Source of the DNA: Selaginella moellendorffii
Taxonomy: Eukaryota > Plantae > Lycopodiophyta
Direction: 5' to 3'
DNA length: 64,000 bases
Assembly (NCBI RefSeq): GCF_000143415.4
Contig: NW_003314312.1
Coordinates: forward strand, 546,399-610,398
In this document: in pieces, positions 1-10,470 of the stretch
How positions within the stretch are numbered: the stretch's first letter is position 1
Layout of the letters: each line of letters begins with the position of its first letter
The notes under the pieces: generated by a model
Databases searched by the model: none
Told to the model about the DNA's origin: nothing
Seen by the model: only the letters and a program-made list of their open reading frames with translations
Program-made: the position numbers and the translations under genes

Positions 1-1449
1 TTATTTTTGAGTGTTGCGATTAACGAGCTTGAAGAAGGTCCCATGTGCTAAACTATATTTGGCAGATAATGCTAAGTCTTGGTGAAGAACAATAGAGGCC
101 AACGAAGGACCAATGGCCACTTGGGAAATGATGAAAGCGAGGATCTGCACAATTTATGTTCCTCCAAATGCTACTTTACACCTAAGGGATGAGCTGAGTA
201 GGCTGAAGCAGACAGGAACCATTCAAGAGTATGTGAATGTGTTCATGGCAAAGAGGATGCTTGTCACAGACATGAGTGATATGGATGCGTTCTATGCCTT
301 CATATCAAACTTGCAAACTTAGGCTCGATGCATTGGAACCCAACCAATTATAAAGAAGCATTGGATGTAGTTATCAAGGTGCATTTTAATGATAACCTAC
401 AAAAAAGGAACATAACGAGGTTGGGGTCCACATTTAGCAAAGGAGACAAACTAGATATATGGCAAAGGGAAATTCAAAAAGATTTTCTCTAAGAATGAGT
501 CCTCAAGGTTTCTAAAAGGCAAATCTAGTGGCCAGTGAGCAAATACGTGGGAGAGTCAAGCGAAAAATGACAAATCCACTAATAAAAAAGTCAAGTCTAC
601 TAATAGCGTGGGAAACAATATATGCTTCAATTGCGGTGAAACAAGACACTTTTCGAGGGAATGTCCCTTCCTGAAGAAGGCCAGAGTCAATATGGCCATT
701 AAGTCAGGTGAAATTCAAACTAAAGTACGTGATCCAGTCCCTAGCTCAAAGTTACTCATTACACGAGCAAATTTGGTAGAGAGTCATTTGCGACATCTAC
801 TAGCCCTTTGAGAAAAGCTCAAAAGTAGCTTTGTTAAGATCCTTATTGATACAGGTGCTTCGGATAATTTTGTGGCTACAGATATAGTCTGGCAAGCCGG
901 ACTAATAATGTAGTGGCTGAGTGAACCAAGGACTATAGAGTTTGTTCAAGATAGCCAAAGCACCAATGAGGCGAAGTAAGGACGTAGAAAGTAGACATGG
1001 ATTTTACCGTGTTCGACATGGTGGATTTGACATGATCTTTGGGTTGGATTGGTTTGGTAACCCTGCATAAATAAGGTAGGAACCTTATGGTAATGGCAAA
1101 TGCCTGAGGAGAATGATCTAGAATGGAGGCCCAGGATCTAAAAGTAGGGCAAAGTAAGGCAAAAGACTTTTGCTTAAATTTGGTGTTCACGAGAGGACAA
1201 CTCACTAAAGGAACCAACATAGCGTTTTTGTGTTTAATTTTAGTGGGGAGTGACAAAAAGACAGGAACGAAAAAAGCACCTTTAGTGATCCAACGGGTGT
1301 TAGACCAATTTTGAGATACCATGCTAGAGGAGTTATCAACAGTGTTACCCCCTGCACGACTGATAGACATAAAATCAAGCTAATTAAGGGTGCTAAAGCG
1401 GTGGTTCGTCCCCCCTATCGGTTGAACAAAAAGGAACTCGAGGAGTTGA
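1..1449 (+). mobile_element. Degenerate gag-protease fragment of the same Ty3/Gypsy family as 2502-10047 (truncated at window start)
   Basis: ORF pieces [11 protein letters not shown]..., CFNCGETRHFSREC (zinc knuckle) and the [10 protein letters not shown]-encoding DNA align with about 4170-5665; many stops and frameshifts. Confidence 0.9.
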
Positions 1450-2496
1450 TATAGTGCTAGTAAACTGACATGAAATACATCATGTACATGGGACAACTCA
1501 TTTGGAAGGAGATGATTTATAGGATACATCACCAACTCATCTCAACACCCAATAAGATCCAACATCTCTTGGTAACAGCTTCTGAGACAAAGATCCCTTA
1601 ATATTCAAATTCTAGGAAGATAGCCACACTTGATCTCCCACTTGATAGAATATATTCCGACGATGCTGATCCTTATCATGTCGATAGCTATCTTGAGCTT
1701 TGCCCATCGCCTCAGTAGCTCTAGACCAACCTTGGCGTAGTTGCTCTACTTAAGTCTCAACGGCTGGGACCAACACTTCGGACATTAGCTTTGGTACAAC
1801 AATCTGTTGAGGATCCCTATGAGCATTCCCTTATAGCATCTCCTATGGAGAACAGCTAATAGTGCTATGAAATGTGTTGTTATAACATATTTCTGTTGTG
1901 TCTAAATGCTCAACTCAGTCACGTTGGTCTGCCGCGACATAGTACCACAAATAATCCTCCACTTGAGCATTCACGTGTTCAGTCTACCCATTGGTTTAAG
2001 AATGATAAGCTGTACTAAACTTCAACTTGGTACCAAACAACTAAAGCAGTATGCCCATAAACCTTTATCTAAGAGTTGCCTCAACTTCTTTCTTCCTTTT
2101 CTTGTTCTTCTTTTTCAATTTGCGAACTTCCCTTTGCAAATTCTTGATCTCAACTTCCTGAGCTGTATGTTGCAGTGCTATAGCATCTAGCTCTTCCTCT
2201 TCTAACTCGGCCTCAACCTCTTCCATAACATCTCTTGCATGAGTTTCCTCCTCTTGATTCGCTCGTCTAAAGGTTTCAGCATCATCAGCACAGTTCCTTT
2301 TCACCATCTCACTAGCTACATGCATGCCTCTATCAGTAACTAAACATGCATACAACATCTTACCAAATGGTGCAATCCCACTAATCCTACACAGGTCACT
2401 CAGGATCTACTAGAAGAGTCTCTGCGTATGCAACTTGAGTCAGAAAATCTGACAAAAGTTGGATAGGAATCGTTGAGACAATTCCTCTGATACCAA
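1450..2496 (-). mobile_element. Internal part of an older minus-strand LTR element (family B-related), including its PBS
   Basis: ctctgatacca at about 2485-2495 is the reverse complement of TGGTATCAGAG (tRNA-iMet PBS); post-PBS sequence resembles 43961+ and 55461+; decayed coiled-coil ORF 2065-2358. Confidence 0.65.
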
Positions 2497-2501
2497 ATGT
2501 A

Positions 2502-3652
2502 TGTAAAGAACCAACTCGCCGAGGCTAAAGGAACCCCAAAAGCATGACCAAAATGACAAAGAGTTCATCGGATGGGACCAAGTCGAAGATCGAGTCCAAG
2601 ACTGACTCTAGGACCGAGTTCGAGATAGAGTCCGAAATCGAGTCCGAGACCGACTCGGGGACCGAGTTCGAGTCTGAGTTCGAGACCGAGTTCGAGACGG
2701 AGTCCGAGATCCGAAATTGCATCCGAGACCGAGTCCGAGGTCGAGTCTGAGGTCGGGTCCTAGATTGGGTCCGAGATCGAGTCCGAGATCGAGTCCGAGA
2801 CCGAATCCGAAGTCGGATCCGAAATCAGGTCCGAGATAGAGCCAGAGACTAAGTCCAAATACTAATACGGGTCAAGGGGTGAAAGCCCAAAGCGTGCGTC
2901 TCCCAGGGGGGGGGGGGCTGCAGGGGGTTCCAAAAGTATAGTAGGGATAGTGAGGTCCAGGAATTAGTCTTGAAGGAACTCTCCAGTGGTGCTTCCAAAC
3001 TGACTTGAGGTTGAGACTGGGGCCGAGGGGCCTTAGGTGGGAGTGAGCATGGGCTTGAGTGGTGCCGGAGGGGCCACCCAGGGAAGTGCTCAAGAGCAGC
3101 TCCCACTCCCGAAAGGGAAACCGACTGCGGTGCTCCCGGCTCATGTGGAGTGGTGCCCCACTTGAGTACCTTGTGGCTCATTGGTCCTCGCCCTCCCTAG
3201 GGGCTTGGGCCTTCCCTTCGGGATGGAAGTGGGGGGGTAGAGGTACCCATACCGGGCTGTTAGGCCACGGTGTTTCGCCCCGACGTCCCGAAGCAAGTGC
3301 TGCACCCAAGACTTGGGATTTAGAGGGTCCCATGATCAAGTCTTGTGGTACCAAGGGGTGTTAGGAATCTGGAGGCTTGGTGTGCTTGGCTGCTTGTGCC
3401 TGCGGGGAGTGTAGCCGAACCTTAAGTCCAGTCTAACCCGGGGAGGGGGATTGGGAGAGATTTGGGAATCCGTAGATGGATGGCTAACACTCCGTTGCTC
3501 GTGCAGTGAGTAACTGAAACAAAGTAGGACCAAGTAGGAGATGGTACTATAGGTGAGAACTTTGGCGAGGGAACTTAACACAAGCCAAGGCAGAGTTGGT
3601 CGGATAGACGAGGTAAGCTGGCAAATTGGAAAGGAAAAATTTGTGGCTTACA
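2502..3652 (+). repeat. 5' LTR (1151 bp)
   Basis: TGTAAAGAACC...GGCTTACA; near-identical to 8887-10047. Confidence 0.95.
2570..2850 (+). repeat. Degenerate hexamer tandem array (GAGTCC/GAGACC/GAGATC) in LTR U3
   Basis: Visible 6-nt periodicity; also at about 8965-9245 in the 3' LTR; gives low-complexity ES/ET ORFs. Confidence 0.9.
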
Positions 3653-3655
3653 ATT

Positions 3656-3668
3656 TGGTATCGGAGCC
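3656..3668 (+). other. Primer-binding site (tRNA-iMet)
   Basis: TGGTATCGGAGCC, 3 nt after the LTR end; one A>G versus canonical TGGTATCAGAGCC. Confidence 0.9.
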
Positions 3669-3711
3669 TCTTCCTCAGTTTTAGCGAAGGATAGAGGCAG
3701 ATTGCTGGGAG

Positions 3712-6700
3712 ATGGCAAGGGCAGGACGTAAGCGAACCCAGGCAGAGACGGAACCTCCTCCAGAGCTGGAGCCTCCGGTCGAATAGGAGGCTATGGATGA
3801 GGAATCCTTGCATGAGGAGGACTCCAGTGAGGCAACTTCCAAACAGGAGTCTGGTGGTGAGGTTCGGTCGTCCAAGGCTCAATTGGACGTTCTAGAAGGA
3901 CAATTGGCACAGACTAATGCCCTGCTAGAGACTCTCGTACGCAAGCTAAAGCGTGATGAGAAGCGGAAGAAAAAGCGAAAGACTGCGGATATTGGCAGCG
4001 CAGAAGGTGCGGACCCTTCGGCAGGGACTGAGGCAAAACCAAACAAGGTCGAACAGACCGAAGTGGAATCAGTCCCTCAGGCAGTTCCCAAGTACAAACC
4101 AAAGCCCCCACCGGTCTTCAAGGGAGTGAATGACTATAAGGTGGTGGAGGATTGGTTTTACGATATGGAAGACTACTTCCGAGTGTTGTGATTACCGAGC
4201 TCAGAGAAGGTCCCATGTGCAAAACCATACTTGGCAGATAATGCCAAGTCTTGGTGGAGAACGACAGAGGCCAACGAAGGACCGGTGGCCACTTGGGAAA
4301 TGATGAAGGCGAGGATCCGCGCAACTTACGTTCCTCCGAATGCTACTCTGCATCTAAGAGACGAGCTGAGTAGGCTGAAGCAGACCGGAACCATTCAGGA
4401 GTATGTGAATGGTTTCATGGTAAAGAGGATACTTGTCATGGACATGGGGGATATGGATGCGTTCCATGCCTTCATATCAGGTTTGCAAACCTGGGCTCGC
4501 GGCGAAGTAATGCGGTGGAACCCGACCAACTACAAGGAAGCGTTGGATGCGGCCATCAAGGTGCATTTCAATGATAACCTACGAAAGGGGAACACGACGG
4601 GGTCGGGATCCACATTTAGCAAAGGGGCCAAACCAAGGGGAACGTTTAGCAGAGGGAAATTCAAGAAGAGTTTCTCTAAGAATGAGTCCTCGGGGTTCCG
4701 AAAAGGCAGATTTAGTGGCCAGCGAGCGAGTACGTGGGGGAGTCAAGCGAAAAGAGACAAACCCACGGATAAGAAGGTCAAGTCATATAGCAGCGTGGGA
4801 AATAACGTATGCTACAACTGCGGTGAAGCGGGACACTTCTCGAGGGAATGTCCCTACCCGAAGAAGGCTAGAGCCAATATGGCCATCAAGTCGGGTGAAG
4901 TCCAAACTGAGGTATGTGATCCAGTCCCTAACTCAAAGTTACTCATCACACGAGCAACTTTGGTAGAGAGTCATTCGCGACATCTACTAGCCCTCCGAGG
5001 GAAGCTCAGAGGTAGCTTTGTTAAAATCCTTATTGACACGGGTGCTTCGGATAATTTTGTGGCTGCAGACATAGTCCGGCAAGCCGGACTAACGGTGCAG
5101 CGGCTAGGCGAACCAAGGACTATAGAGTTTGTTCAAGGTAGCCAAAGCACCGATGAGGTACTTCGACAAGCGAGAGTCGAAGTGGGGACTTGGAAGGTGG
5201 ACCTGGATTTCACCGTGTTGGACATGGCAGGATTTGACGTGATCTTCGGAATGGACTGGTTCAATCAATTTGTGGTAGCCCTGCATGGACAAGGTAGAAA
5301 CCTTGTGGTACTGACGAATGCCCAAGGAAGAAGATCTAGGGTGGAGGCCCAAGATCTAAAGGTAGGGCAAAGCAAGGCCAAAGATTCCTGCTTAAACTTG
5401 GTGTCCACGAGAGGACAACTCATTAAAGGAACTAAGGCAGCATTTTTGTGCTTACTCTCGGTGAAGAGTGACAAAAAGACAGGAATGGAAGAAGTACCTT
5501 TAGTGATCCAGCGGGTGTTAAACCAATTCCAGGATACCATGCCGGAGGAGCTACCGGCGGGGCTACCCCCAGCACGACCGATAGAACATAAGATTGAGCT
5601 GGTCGAGGGTGCTGAGGCGGTGGTTCGTCCCCCTTATCGTTTGAACGAAAAAGAACTCAAGGAGCTCAAGTGCCAACTAGAGGAGTTGGTGGACAAAAGG
5701 TATGTTAGGTTGAGCAAGTCGCCATATGGGGCACCGGTGTTATTTGTGAAAAAGAAAGATGGGTCTATGCGCATGTGCATAGACTACCGGTTGCTCAACA
5801 AGTATACAAAGAAGAACAAGTACCCTTTGCCAAGGATTGAGGACCTATTCAATAGGTTGGGAAAGGAAAAATACTTCTCGAGGATTGACCTAAGGTCAGG
5901 ATACTACCAGATTAGGGTAGCCGAGGAAGATGTCGAGAAGACAACCTGTCGAACAAGGTATGGGAGCTTTGAGTTTCTGGTGATGCCCTTTGGGCTGTGT
6001 AACGCACCGGCAACGTTTTCGGTGCTAATGAACCACATCTTTGTACCCTATTTAGATCACTTCGTGGTCGTCTATATCGACGACATCCTGATCTATAGCG
6101 AGATGCTAGAGGAGCATGCCGAACACTTGGCGAAGGTGTTTGAGAAACTAAGGGAACACAAACTGTATGCTAAAGAGAGCAAATGTGACTTTGCTCAACA
6201 TGAGGTAAAGTTTCTCGGGCATGTGGTGGGCCAGGACGGGCTCAAGGTGGACCCGAAGAAGGTTCAAGCGATCCAGGAATGGGAGCGACCATCGAATGTA
6301 CACAAGTTGAGGGCATTCCTGGGGCTATGCAACTACTATCGAAAGTTTATCAGACACTATTCGAGAGTAGCCCTACCCTTAACGGACCAAACAGGAAAAG
6401 GGAAGATGGTGTGGACAGCGGAATGCGAGGCGGCATTCGTCCACCTTAAAGGGAAGTTGAGGAAGGCTCTCGTATTGGCATTACCAGACTTTGGTAAGGA
6501 CTTTGAGGTAGAAACGGATGCTTCGGACTTTGCGTTGGGTGCAGGTTTGAAGCAAGACAACCATCCGGTAGCATTCTTTTCGAAGAAGTTGGACAAGGCT
6601 CAACGGAAGTGGCCTGCCCACGAGAAGGAATTGTTTGCGGTGGTCAAGGCGCTCAAGGAGTGGTGACACTACCTTGGGAGACACTTCAAGGTTTACACGG

Positions 6701-8483
6701 ACAATGTGGCAACGAAACACTTCTTGTCACAGCCCGACCTGAGAGGGAAACAAGGTCGGTGGGCCAATGCCTTGGCTGAGTTTGATTGCGAGATTCTGTA
6801 CAAGCCTGGGAAGAGCAACATCGTGGCGGATGCGCTAAGTCGAAAAGCGAGCTTGAGGTTGGCAATATCCAGCGCAACAGCAACCTTCTGGGATGATGTG
6901 CGGACAGCATATGAGAACAATGGTCTAGCACAAGAAGTGTTGCTGAGGAATCTAGAGGCGCGGGAAGCTCACCAGAGAGGTGAGCTGCCAACGGAAGAGA
7001 AAACGGGCTATGCGGAACGCAACGGACTCATCTATTACAAGCAAACGAGGGTGTATGTTCCAGAAGGGGAACTAAGGAAGGTGGCCTTAGAAGAGTGTCA
7101 TGGCGGACCTCTTGCGGGACATGGCGGAGTGCCCAAGACGATGGGCTTACTCAAGAGGAAGTACCATTGGCCAGATATGGCTAAGGACGTCCAAGACTAT
7201 GTAAAGACATGTCCAACATGTCAGCAGGTAAAAGCCGTGACTAAGGCTGGTGGGGGCTTGTTGCAAAGCATCCCAATTCCAGATCGTCCGTGGAAATGTC
7301 TTACGATGGACTTCATTACGGGACTCCCCCCAAGTGAGGGGTTTGATGCGATATTCGTGGTGGTGGACCGATTTTCGAAAATGGCACATTTCATACCCAC
7401 CACAACAGAGGTGGATGCGGAAAGTGTGGCAAAGCTATTCTTCGAACAAGTGGTTCGAGTGCGGGGAAGACCGGAAGAGATCATCTCAGATCGAGATAAG
7501 ATCTTCACCAGTAGGTTCTGGAGGACTCTCCTGGAACAGTATTGCACCAAGTTGAAATTCAGCACAGCCTATCACCCACAGACAGGTATGGGGTATTAAG
7601 TCAAGTTGTTGGCACTAACACTTCTTGACAGACGGACAGACGGAAAGGGTGAATAGGCAGCTGGAGGATTATTTGTGATGCTATGTCTCGGGAGACCAGA
7701 CCGATTGGGTAAGTCATTTGGGACTTGTGGAAATGTGTTATAACAACTCACCACATTCGAGTATCGGGGTGAGTCCATGGGAAGTCATCAATGGGCGAGC
7801 TATTGAAGGTCCTGTGGAACTCGGCGTGGCTGAGTATCATGGAGAGTTGCCCGCAGTGGAGGCATTCACGGCGGAAAGACTCAGCATTTGGAATCTAGTG
7901 AGGGATTCCTTGGAACGGGCTCAACAAAGGCAAACCAAATACGCGAACCAGAAGCGTCGGGATGTAGAGTTCCAAGCTGGGGAGAAGGTGTGGCTGAACA
8001 CCAAGAACCTCAGACTACCAAGTGGGATCAGCCGAAAGTTGACCCAAAGGTAAAGATGCATGTATTCCTGTAAATGAATTGATCTTGAGTTCCTTAAGCA
8101 GGTTCGCGGGGCCTTACGAGATTGAGGCACGAATCGGTAAAGTGGCTTACCGACTCTGACTTCCTCGAGAGATGGGGAAGATGCACCCAGTGTTCCACGT
8201 GAACTTACTCAAGCCGTACTTTGAGGATCCGCTTCGCAAGGACCAAGTGAGACCTTTACCTGAGGTTATCCAAGGGGAAGAGGAATACGAAGTCGAGGCC
8301 ATCCTCAATGCGCGCAAGAGCAAGTGACAAGGACGCGAGGTGAGAGAGTTCCATGTGAAGTGGAAAGGATTTCCACACTGCGAAGCAACATGGGAACCGG
8401 AGGAGAACCTAGCGAACGCGCGAGATCTGGTGGAGGAATTTCTGCAAGGCAGAACTCTATGTACTTATGCAAAGTTCAATTAA
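3712..8483 (+). pseudogene. gag-pol polyprotein (Gag, CCHC knuckle, aspartic protease, RT, RNase H, integrase, chromodomain) with two putative introns (7586-7631, 8050-8101)
   Basis: [55 protein letters not shown] after splicing, KLTQRFAGPY after splicing, EYEVEAIL...VKWKGF...TWEPEENL; one frame with in-frame stops at 3784, 4189, 6664, 7676, 8157, 8325. Confidence 0.92.
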
Positions 8484-8873
8484 AAATATCAATTTGCAAA
8501 GTTGAGCAAGTGACATATGTTGGGACCCGAAGGCGCGCCGAAGGTAAGCTAATTAGCATGGGTTAGATAGGTCGACCAGGCGTAGAGCACTACGCCCGAC
8601 TCCCCGCGGGGATGTCGAATCCGTAGACGTATTCTACGGAGGTTGGGTTCGAGTCTCAACCCCCTAGTAAAGCAAGGCTGGGTTCAAGTCCCGACCCCAT
8701 ACTAGGGCGTGGTGAGGTGAGGGGTATAGGGACACCTATATTCCGTTGTCATTGGCTCTTGGCCGGGGAGGCTAACTTAGGCACACCGCTAAGTGGGGGG
8801 ATGCCCCCGGAGCCATGGTCAACAAGTCGTAGGATAAAACAAGACGTTCGATGTGGGCATCGAACTTCTTCTA

Positions 8874-8886
8874 TGGGTGGTGGAGT
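8874..8886 (+). other. Polypurine tract
   Basis: G-rich tgggtggtggagt immediately before the 3' LTR TG. Confidence 0.7.
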
Positions 8887-10047
8887 TGTAAGGAACCAAC
8901 TCGCCGAGGTGTCATAGGCTAAAGGAACCCCAAAAGCATGACCAAAATGACAAAGAGTTCATTGGATGGGACCAAGTCGAAGATTGAGTCCAAGACCGAC
9001 TCTAGGACCGAGTTCGAGATAGAGTCCGAAATCAAGTCCGAGACCGACTCGGGGACCGAGTTCGAGTCCGAGTTCGAGACCGAGTTCGAGACGGAGTCCG
9101 AGATCCGAAATTGCATCCGAGACCAAGTCCGAGGTCGAGTCCGAGGTCGGGTCCGAGATTGGGTCCGAGATCGAGTCCGAGATCGAGTCCGAGACTGAAT
9201 CCGAAGTCGGATCCGAAATCAGGTCCGAGATAGAGCCAGAGACTAAGTCCAAATACTAATACAGGTCAAGGGGTGAAAGCCCAAAGCGTGCGTCTCCCAG
9301 GGGGGGGGGGGGCTGCAGGGGGTTCCAAAAGTATAGTAGGGATAGTGAGGTCCAGGAACCAGTCTTGAAGGAACTCTCCAGTGGTGCTTCCAAACTAACT
9401 TGAGGTTGAGACTGGGGCCGAGGGGCCTTAGGTGGGAGTGAGCATGGGCTTGAGTGGTGCTGGAGGGGCCACCCAGGGAAGTGCTCAAGAGCAACTCCCA
9501 CTCCCGAAAGGGAAACCGACTGCGGTGCTCCCGGCTCATGTGGAGTGGTGCCCCACTTGAGTACCTTGTGGCTCATTGGTCCTCGCCCTCCCTAGGGGCT
9601 TGGGCCTTCCCTTCGGGATGGAAGTGGGGGGGTAGAGGTACCCATACCGGGCCGTTAGGCCACGGTGTTTCGCCCCGACGTCCCGAAGCAAGTGTTGCAC
9701 CCAAGACTTGGGATTTAGAGGGTCCCATGATCAAGTCTTATGGTACCAAGGGGTGTTAGGAATCTGGAGGCTTGGTGTGCTTGGCTGCTTGTGCCTGCGG
9801 GGAGTGTAGCCGAACCTTAAGTCCAGTCTAACCCGGGGAGGGGGATTGGGAGAGATTTGGGAATCCGTAGATGGATGGCTAACACTCCATTGCTCGTGCA
9901 GTGAGTAACTGAAACCAAGTAGGACCAAGTAGGAGCTGGTACCATAGGTGAGAACCTTGGCGAGGGAACTTAGCACAAGCCAAGGCAGAGTTGGTCGGAT
10001 AGACAAGGTAAGCTGGCAAATTGGAAAGGAAAAATTTGTGGCTTACA
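8887..10047 (+). repeat. 3' LTR (1161 bp)
   Basis: TGTAAGGAACC...GGCTTACA; differs from the 5' LTR by a 9-bp indel, one extra G and roughly 25-30 substitutions counted by eye. Confidence 0.95.
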
Positions 10048-10470
10048 ATGTAGCACACGTGAATTTGGAGCTGAACTTCAAGCCCGTTACACTATGAACC
10101 TAAGGTCTGATACAATCCCACAAGCACCAACTCCCCGTATCTAACACTTGCACGCAAAATGGTGTCAAACGGTGTTTGGCATGATTTTAGCCTAACGTGA
10201 GGAGGAGGGTACTCCACCAACTAGAGCAGCGTGGAGCTTGACCTTAGACCCAAGCCAAATGCAAAACAAGGAGCAACACAGTCTAGCAGAAGCCAAACTA
10301 ATATCTCAAGTGGTCGGACATGCATTCTAACCACTATCCCTACTATACATTTGAAATCCCCCACAGGACCCCCCCCCCCCCCCCCCCTCCTTCCCCAGTT
10401 CCCCCGCTCCCCCGCTCCCCTGCCCTTCTTTCAGGAACACATGCTTTGGGCTTTCACCCCAAGCCTCCCT
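10048..10470 (-). mobile_element. 5' LTR remnant of the older minus-strand element interrupted by the chromovirus
   Basis: Minus strand ends ...gtgtgctaCA, which rejoins the PBS at 2496 once the insertion is removed; resembles family-B LTRs (43416-43958, 54797-55458); poly-C run about 10369-10387. Confidence 0.7.

Larger units (their letters stand above)
2502..10047 (+). mobile_element. Full-length chromodomain-containing Ty3/Gypsy LTR retrotransposon (chromovirus), inactivated by nonsense codons
   Basis: Two TG...CA LTRs; 5-bp TSD ATGTA (2497-2501 and 10048-10052); PBS; PPT; domain order gag-PR-RT-RNaseH-IN-chromodomain. Confidence 0.97.

Noticed and set aside
2525-2750. ES/ET- or SD-rich ORFs (also 8919-9252, 59467-60375, 63503-63958)
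   Set aside because: They are translations of the LTR hexamer arrays; nothing supports real proteins
4189-4191. Programmed stop-codon readthrough between gag and pol
   Set aside because: The stop lies within gag, a paralog has CGA here, and five similar stops occur elsewhere
8600-8700. tRNA gene or hammerhead ribozyme
   Set aside because: T-loop-like hairpins are present, but I found no full cloverleaf and no CTGATGA/GAAA core
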